A DNA stretch of 53,495 nucleotides from an uncultured Bacteroidia bacterium (GTDB taxonomy: Bacteria; Bacteroidota; Bacteroidia; Bacteroidales; CAJPTX01). The notes beneath the pieces are model-generated. The model was not told where the DNA came from and ran no database searches. It worked only from the letters and a program-made list of their open reading frames with translations. The stretch is taken from assembly GCA_938040915.1 (NCBI GenBank), contig CALHZE010000233.1:1-53495 (forward strand), read 5' to 3'. Both the position numbers and the translations under genes were made by a program. This document shows positions 45,401 through 50,677 of this stretch, piece by piece; position 1 is the stretch's first letter; each line of letters starts with the position of its first letter.

Positions 45401-46771
45401 GTGAGCAATGTGGGGTCGCTCCGTTTGCGTATCCGCTCGTTGATCGAAAGTCTGAAACTGCGTGAGGGGGCGATATCCCAAGAGCCAGAAGCGACTCCGG
45501 TGAAGCACGCCATATTCGAAGACAAAGATCGCAACCGGACGATCCTCATGCCGTGGTTTGGTGACCCCTATTCTCCTTACCTCCCTACCCTGTTTGAGTT
45601 GGCGGGCTATAAGGCGGTAAACCTCCCCCCGAGCTCCGAGTCTACCGCTGTCTACGGATTGCGTTATAGCAACAACGAGATCTGTTACCCCGCAACCCTT
45701 GTCGTGGGTGACTTTATGCAAGCTATTGCGCGCGGGCAGTATAAACGCGAGGAAGTAGCCTTTGGGATTACACAGACCGGCGGACAATGTCGTGCGACCA
45801 ATTACATCTCGCTCGTTAAGAAAGCCTTGCAACAAGTCGGGCTTTCAGATGTACCCGTCATTGCGGTCTCTACGGGGGCTGGCAAGTTTAACGAGCAGCC
45901 AGGCTTTAAAATTTCGTGGAAGAAGCTCGCCTTGCCGCTCATCCACGCGATGGTCTATGCCGATATCTTGTCTACGCTTTTCCAAGCTTCGCGGGTGCGT
46001 GAGCGTCGCCAAGGGCTTGCCCAAGCGCTCTTTGACAAATACACGAAGCTCGGGGTGATGGCGCTCAAGCGTGGCGAGACCAAGCGCATGTACGAATTCC
46101 TTGAGCGTGCCGCAGAAGAGTTTAATCAGGGGATAACCCCTAAGGATATGCCACGGGTTGGGATCGTGGGCGAGATCTTCGTCAAGTACAACCGTTATGC
46201 GAATCGGGGGGTGGTAGATTGGCTCGCCTCGCAGGGGATCGAGCCCGTCGTACCGGCCCTGTGTGAGTTCTTCATCGAGGGGCTAGCGAGTGCACCGGTG
46301 CGGGTGAAAGACAAGATAGAGAAGTCTTCGTTTGGGGTGTCGATCCTCCCCATTATGGAGGCGATTCTCTTCAAGATTATCCGTAAGATGGAGAAGCGCG
46401 TCAAGTCCTTCCCCTTCTATCGCCCGATTGGGAGACCGAGCCACGAGTCAGAGCTTGCCTCGTCGGTCATCAATCTGAATGCCCAGTTTGGCGAAGGGTG
46501 GTTGATACCGGCGTCGTTTGTGCGTTTCGCGCAAGAGGGGATCAACAGTGTGGTGTGTCTTCAGCCCTTTGGGTGCATAGCCAACCACATCGTGGCCAAA
46601 GGGATCGAGCGTCGGGTGCGTGAGCTTTACCCAAACCTTAGTCTCCTTTTCCTTGACTTAGATAGTGGGGTGAGCGAGGTCAACTTCTTCAACCGCCTCC
46701 ATTTCCTCAAGGAAAATGCGAAGGCGATGGTGCAGAATCCTGTCCCTTTCACGATGGCGGGGCGGAGCTAA
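42440..46771 (+). CDS. Fusion of two BcrAD/BadFG-type activase ATPase domains with two 2-hydroxyacyl-CoA-dehydratase-like (DUF2229-type) domains
   Basis: 1443 aa. ATPase 1: GLDVGSTTLKV, GGEDAK, CAGGTGAFIDQ, SRCGVFSKTD. ATPase 2: GIDSGSTTTKV, GGQDMK, CSSGCGSFIE, TRCTVFMNSR. A Cys cluster follows (CKGCYNRC..NKC). The C-terminal ~800 aa carry conserved-looking Cys motifs: VCFPAKI, FNCPV, SFGCGPD, ICYPA, GGQCRA, QPFGC. Confidence 0.7.
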   Translation: MLGEIIRVGLDVGSTTLKVVSVDAAGHVLDTFYTRHNADVSGTLERVFSELARNRQGERVQLAVTGSAGMGIAERCGLQFVQEVIAACRVAETHYPEAASLVDIGGEDAKMIFFEEGRPPDIRMNGSCAGGTGAFIDQMAVLLGIEVERLGELAEQATKKHPIASRCGVFSKTDIQNLLARGARREDIAASIFHAVSVQVLTTLSRGYTLRPKVILCGGPFAHITPLRKAFQEASGLNPEDFIIPECVQAIPAWGTALHVKTEGKSYTFDELLQLFKDQNRVSVGVRPRGLTPLFRDKEEYDRWLDSKSQYKLPAAPLATATEGACFLGIDSGSTTTKVIVLNARKQIIFRAYRKNAGDPLGAVSASLGELVAQAEKEGVTLRIGGSCVTGYGEDLVRKAFGLNLGVVETIAHYVGAAYFDPEVSFILDIGGQDMKAAFIDQGTIARLEINEACSSGCGSFIETFARSLGQEVSDFATEACKSLSPCDLGTRCTVFMNSRVKQSLREGASHGDISAGLGYAVVRNCLNKVLKIKDFNVLGNHVMVQGGTLRNPSVSRAFELETGRKVIITDAPELMGAFGAALHAAQEAELKHFPERELHDVAHVAAHTTQLDGCKGCYNRCEVTTFQFENGEVYFAGNKCEKVFSNQGEAHKQGENTSEWKYKRLFDYGKHDAPKAQSPQEQKKTALVIGIPRILGMYEHFPFWYTLFTRCGLEVKVSAESTIRVSEKGAHTVMSDNVCFPAKIAHGHVLDLVKRGVDRVFVPFVVYEAEEVKGVSNSFNCPVVSGYSEVLRSALSGHLPEGVAIDAPSISFKDEGLLKKQCWGYLKEVARGRFDLSKKRFDQAFSAATTEQEQFFTELIAQNRAVSEKAQAEGRTLVMLAGRPYHADPLIQHKISQIITEFGVDVVTEDLARRDKLDPKASVSVHQWGFTNRIVAAAHWTAAAPANVHYVQITSFGCGPDAYVVDEATEILRHAGKTATVLKVDDVSNVGSLRLRIRSLIESLKLREGAISQEPEATPVKHAIFEDKDRNRTILMPWFGDPYSPYLPTLFELAGYKAVNLPPSSESTAVYGLRYSNNEICYPATLVVGDFMQAIARGQYKREEVAFGITQTGGQCRATNYISLVKKALQQVGLSDVPVIAVSTGAGKFNEQPGFKISWKKLALPLIHAMVYADILSTLFQASRVRERRQGLAQALFDKYTKLGVMALKRGETKRMYEFLERAAEEFNQGITPKDMPRVGIVGEIFVKYNRYANRGVVDWLASQGIEPVVPALCEFFIEGLASAPVRVKDKIEKSSFGVSILPIMEAILFKIIRKMEKRVKSFPFYRPIGRPSHESELASSVINLNAQFGEGWLIPASFVRFAQEGINSVVCLQPFGCIANHIVAKGIERRVRELYPNLSLLFLDLDSGVSEVNFFNRLHFLKENAKAMVQNPVPFTMAGRS

Positions 46772-46898
46772 AGTCGGCTTCGACCGTGCTTTCGACGGGC
46801 GAGTAAAAGAAACGGACGCATCATAATTGCGCTCGTGTATATGATGGGTCGTTGCAGGGAGGGGATCATGTCTCTCCCCTACTCAAAACCTAGCCATT

Positions 46899-46940
46899 GG
46901 GTTATTAGCCCCCCAGCCGCCCATAAGAGGCGCGGCTGGG
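46899..46940 (+). terminator. GC-rich hairpin terminator after the activase-fusion gene
   Basis: CCCCCCAGCCGC (46899-46910) pairs with GCGGCTGGGGGG (46922-46933), followed by CTTTCGT. Confidence 0.5.
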
Positions 46941-46974
46941 GGGCTTTCGTCTGCGTAGGACCAAACCTTTTTTC

Positions 46975-46982
46975 TATCTTTG
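46975..46982 (+). promoter_or_regulatory. -7 promoter box (TATCTTTG) for arcC
   Basis: TAnnTTTG match 27 nt upstream of ATG 47009. Confidence 0.4.
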
Positions 46983-47008
46983 TGCTTTACAAAGCCTAAA
47001 GATTGGTT

Positions 47009-47953
47009 ATGAAACGTACAGTGGTTGTTGCCCTCGGCGGAAACGCGCTACTCAGAGGCAACCAGAAAGGCACGGTGGAAGAACAGCTTGCCAATACTCT
47101 TGACACGATGGAGCACCTTGTGCCCCTACTCAAGGAAGGGTGTAACCTTGTGATCGGGCATGGGAACGGTCCCCAAGTCGGTAACATCTTGATGCAGCAG
47201 GCGGCAGGTGAGGAAACCTTTGCCATCCCCTCGATGCCCCTCGACGTCTGTGTAGCAGAGTCGCAAGGGTCGATAGGGTACATGATCGAGAGTGCGCTCA
47301 GAGAGGTCATGCATCGACACGGCATTTCGCGCGAGGTGTGTGTCCTCGTGAGCCCCGTCCTCGTAGACAAGCAAGATAAAGCCTTTGAGAACCCCACCAA
47401 ACGCGTGGGAAAGATCTATACGAAAGAAGAAGCCGACGCGCTCGCTAACAACCAAGGGTGGGTCTTTAAGGAAGAAGTCCGCACGACGGGTTCGGGCTGG
47501 CGTCGGGTAGTCCCCTCCCCTAAGCCTATTGAGGTGCTCAATGCCTCGCTCGTAAAGAAGCTGGCTGATGACGGGGTCGTGGTCATTGCGGCTGGCGGCG
47601 GCGGTATCCCTGTAGCTTACCGTGCTGACAAGACCCTCGAGCCGATTGAGGCGGTCATTGACAAAGATTCGGCAACCTCGCTCTTGGCACGTACGATTGG
47701 AGCAGAAGAGTTCTACATCTTGACCGATGTGCCCAACGTCTATATAAACTTCCGTAAACCAGATGAGCAGAAGCTCGAGTCGGTCACGACGGCGCAGTTA
47801 GCCGAGTATTCGACCAAGGGGATGTTTGGCGAAGGAAATATGGCACCTAAGATCCAAGCGGCGGTGGACTTTGTAACCCATGGCGGCAAGGTCAGTGTCA
47901 TTACCGATGCCGAGGCTTTGGGTACCAACGGCGGAACGCGCATTACGAAGTAA
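47009..47953 (+). CDS. arcC: Carbamate kinase
   Basis: VVALGGNAL, IGHGNGPQVG, VVIAAGGGGIPV, TDV. The track start at 47003 is TTG; ATG is at 47009. Confidence 0.9.
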   Translation: MKRTVVVALGGNALLRGNQKGTVEEQLANTLDTMEHLVPLLKEGCNLVIGHGNGPQVGNILMQQAAGEETFAIPSMPLDVCVAESQGSIGYMIESALREVMHRHGISREVCVLVSPVLVDKQDKAFENPTKRVGKIYTKEEADALANNQGWVFKEEVRTTGSGWRRVVPSPKPIEVLNASLVKKLADDGVVVIAAGGGGIPVAYRADKTLEPIEAVIDKDSATSLLARTIGAEEFYILTDVPNVYINFRKPDEQKLESVTTAQLAEYSTKGMFGEGNMAPKIQAAVDFVTHGGKVSVITDAEALGTNGGTRITK

Positions 47954-48005
47954 GAAGGTCTCCTTTCTAGGTAAGAGTTTTTCATTTTTATAACGTTAGA
48001 TAGTC

Positions 48006-49007
48006 ATGGCAGTCAATTTGCGGAATCGTCATTTCCTGAAGTTGTATGACTTCACTCCCGAAGAAATTCGTTTTTTCTTGCGCCTTGCCGCTGACCTCAA
48101 GAAGGCAAAGTATGCCGGCACTGAGCAACAGCTCTTGAAGGGCAAGAATATCGTCCTCCTGTTCGAAAAGGATTCTACCCGTACCCGTTGCTCGTTTGAA
48201 ACCGCCGCACACGATCAAGGTGCAGGGGTGACCTACCTCGGTCCTTCGGGGTCGCAGATGGGAAAGAAGGAGTCGATGAAGGACACGGCGCGCGTCCTCG
48301 GTCGCATCTACGATGGGATTGAGTACCGTGGTTTCGAGCAGTACAAGGTAGAGACCCTTGCACAGTACGCTGGCGTACCCGTGTGGAACGGTTTGACCAA
48401 CGAGTGGCATCCGACGCAAATCTTGGCAGACTTCCTCACAATGCAGGAGCACATAGACAAGCCCCTCCGTCAGGTGAAGTTCTGCTACCTCGGCGATGCT
48501 CGCTACAACATGGGTAACTCGCTCATGATGGGGGCTGCGAAAATGGGGATGGATTATCGTGCTGCTGCGCCTAAGGCGTATTGGCCAGACCCCGCTATCT
48601 TAAAGATGGCGCAAGACGTAGCCAAGACTACGGGGGCAAAGATCACCATTACCGAGAATGTTGCCGAGGCAGTAAAGGGTTGTGACTTCCTCTATACCGA
48701 CGTATGGGTATCGATGGGCGAACCCGCCGAAGCATGGGCTGAGCGTATCAAGCAAATGATGCCTTATCAAGTGAACGCGAAGGCGATGGAATTGACAGGT
48801 AACCCCGAGTGTAAGTTCCTACACTGCTTGCCGGCATTCCACAACCGCGAAACCACCATCGGTGAGGAAATCTATCAGAAGTATGGCGCAGATGCGCTCG
48901 AAGTAACCGAAGAGGTATTTGAGTCGCCCGCGTCGATTGTGTTTGACGAGGCAGAAAACCGCCTTCACACCATCAAGGCGGTGATGGTTGCCACCTTGGG
49001 TAAGTAA
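48006..49007 (+). CDS. argF: Ornithine carbamoyltransferase
   Basis: 333 aa. [13 protein letters not shown] (STRTR), HPTQ, DVWVSMG, HCLPAFH. Its position next to carbamate kinase suggests a catabolic role. Confidence 0.9.
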   Translation: MAVNLRNRHFLKLYDFTPEEIRFFLRLAADLKKAKYAGTEQQLLKGKNIVLLFEKDSTRTRCSFETAAHDQGAGVTYLGPSGSQMGKKESMKDTARVLGRIYDGIEYRGFEQYKVETLAQYAGVPVWNGLTNEWHPTQILADFLTMQEHIDKPLRQVKFCYLGDARYNMGNSLMMGAAKMGMDYRAAAPKAYWPDPAILKMAQDVAKTTGAKITITENVAEAVKGCDFLYTDVWVSMGEPAEAWAERIKQMMPYQVNAKAMELTGNPECKFLHCLPAFHNRETTIGEEIYQKYGADALEVTEEVFESPASIVFDEAENRLHTIKAVMVATLGK

Positions 49008-49033
49008 TCACGCTTACGTATTGCAAGACATGT

Positions 49034-49067
49034 GCCTTCCCTGTCGGGTACAGGGGAGGCTTTTTTT
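49034..49067 (+). terminator. Rho-independent terminator of the arcC-OTC unit
   Basis: GCCTTCCCTGT (49034-49044) pairs with ACAGGGGAGGC (49050-49060) with one G-U pair, followed by TTTTTTT (49061-49067). Confidence 0.75.
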
Positions 49068-49124
49068 GTGTTGACTATCGCGGCAAGATAAGCGTGTGGT
49101 ATCAAGTTGACAAGCTCGATACTG

Positions 49125-49132
49125 TATATTTG
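49125..49132 (+). promoter_or_regulatory. -7 promoter box (TATATTTG) for the AAA+ ATPase gene, followed by a bulged hairpin in the leader
   Basis: TAnnTTTG match 64 nt upstream of ATG 49196. The leader contains TACTGACAA (49133-49141) paired with TTGTCAGTA (49165-49173), and GACAGT (49149-49154) paired with ACTGTC (49159-49164). Confidence 0.4.
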
Positions 49133-49195
49133 TACTGACAAAACGGTCGACAGTTACGACTGTCTTGTCAGTAGGTCGCTTAAAAGCTGATAGCT

Positions 49196-50512
49196 ATGGT
49201 AATAGAACGGGACGAATACATCCGGCAGCTGCTTGCTAAAAGTTGGAATGGAAAAGTAAAGATCATTACTGGGATTCGCCGCTCAGGTAAATCATACTTA
49301 CTCTTTACGCTCTTCAAAAAAAAACTCATCGAAGGCGGTGCGCATGAAACCGATTTTATAGAGATAGCACTCGATCGGAGGTCAGATATCGCCTACCGAA
49401 ATCCCAACCTCCTGTATGAGTATATCGTGGGGCGGACACAAGATTTGCAGCGGAGGTTCTATGTGTTTATAGATGAAATCCAGCTTTCTTACAAGATAAA
49501 AAACGAAGGCGTGGACGAATCGCTAGTTCCTGACGAGGATAGGGAGTTGCTTTACACGACATTCTATGATACCCTAAACGAGCTTCTGGCACACCCCAAC
49601 CTCGATGTGTATGTTACGGGCTCTAACTCTAAAATGCTCGCGAAGGATATTGTAACCAATTTCCGCGATCGTGGCTCGCAGATTAGTGTCTATCCTCTCT
49701 CCTTTGCCGAGTATTTTTCCGTTTCGAACAAAGAAAAAGCTGATGCCTTGGAAGAGTATCTCATGTACGGCGGCATGCCGCTCGCCGTACTCGAGCCCTC
49801 AGAGCAAGAGAAACAGAAGTATTTGCGCGATCTATTTACCAATGTCTATATCAAAGATATTGTAGAACGCTACCAGCTCAAGGAAGATCTGGTCTTGAGT
49901 GCTATTATAGATACGCTCGCATCGTCTATCGGCTCGCTCACCAATCCGAACCGACTCACCAATACGGCAAACACGCTATTGAAGGAATCGATCTCGCACA
50001 ATACCACGAAGAATTATTTAGATTATCTGGAGGAGGCTTATCTCTTCCGCAGCGCAAAACGCTATGATGTCAAGGGGCGTAAATACTTTGATACACTCCA
50101 GAAGTTTTATGCTGTAGATCTCGGGCTACGTAATGCGCGCCTAAACTTCAGACAGCAAGAGCGCTCTCATTTGATGGAAAACCTCGTTTATAACGAACTC
50201 GTCAGACGAGGTTATTCTGTTGATGTTGGTATCGTGGAGCTTACACGCGTTGTTGATGGCAAGCGGAGGACGTCGCTGTATGAAATAGATTTTGTGGTAA
50301 ACGTTGAAAATAGTAAGCTTTACATCCAAGTGGCTCTGAATATAGATTCGCCGGAAAAGAAAGCGCAGGAGACCCTCTCACTTAGAAATACGGGTGATTT
50401 CTTTCGTAAAATCGTCGTGCTCGACGGCAATCAAAAACGCTATACGGCAGACGATGGTATCCAGTATGTTGGTGTGATTCCGTTCTTGTTAGAAGACCTC
50501 ATGGTGCAGTAA
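49196..50512 (+). CDS. AAA+ ATPase of the AAA_14/DUF4143 family (ATPase plus a C-terminal nuclease-fold-like domain)
   Basis: 438 aa. Walker A GIRRSGKS, Walker B VFIDEIQ. The middle winged-helix-like region and the C-terminal YEIDFVV..KLYIQV segment are typical of DUF4143 proteins. By eye the gene is visibly more AT-rich than the arcC/OTC genes upstream. Confidence 0.7.
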   Translation: MVIERDEYIRQLLAKSWNGKVKIITGIRRSGKSYLLFTLFKKKLIEGGAHETDFIEIALDRRSDIAYRNPNLLYEYIVGRTQDLQRRFYVFIDEIQLSYKIKNEGVDESLVPDEDRELLYTTFYDTLNELLAHPNLDVYVTGSNSKMLAKDIVTNFRDRGSQISVYPLSFAEYFSVSNKEKADALEEYLMYGGMPLAVLEPSEQEKQKYLRDLFTNVYIKDIVERYQLKEDLVLSAIIDTLASSIGSLTNPNRLTNTANTLLKESISHNTTKNYLDYLEEAYLFRSAKRYDVKGRKYFDTLQKFYAVDLGLRNARLNFRQQERSHLMENLVYNELVRRGYSVDVGIVELTRVVDGKRRTSLYEIDFVVNVENSKLYIQVALNIDSPEKKAQETLSLRNTGDFFRKIVVLDGNQKRYTADDGIQYVGVIPFLLEDLMVQ

Positions 50513-50627
50513 TGCGCGCTCAATAGATTGATCGACTTCTTTACGCAGCAGACGAAAAACAATCTGACATTTGCCTAGCCTCAGCGATATCTCTTGTAAT
50601 CGAAGAACTAGTGTTTATCATGTTGTT

Positions 50628-50635
50628 TATCTTTG
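50628..50635 (+). promoter_or_regulatory. -7 promoter box (TATCTTTG) for the surface-protein gene
   Basis: TAnnTTTG match 43 nt upstream of ATG 50678. Confidence 0.4.
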
Positions 50636-50677
50636 CCAGAAGAATTGTGACACAATTTAATAGAAAGGAAATTAGAC

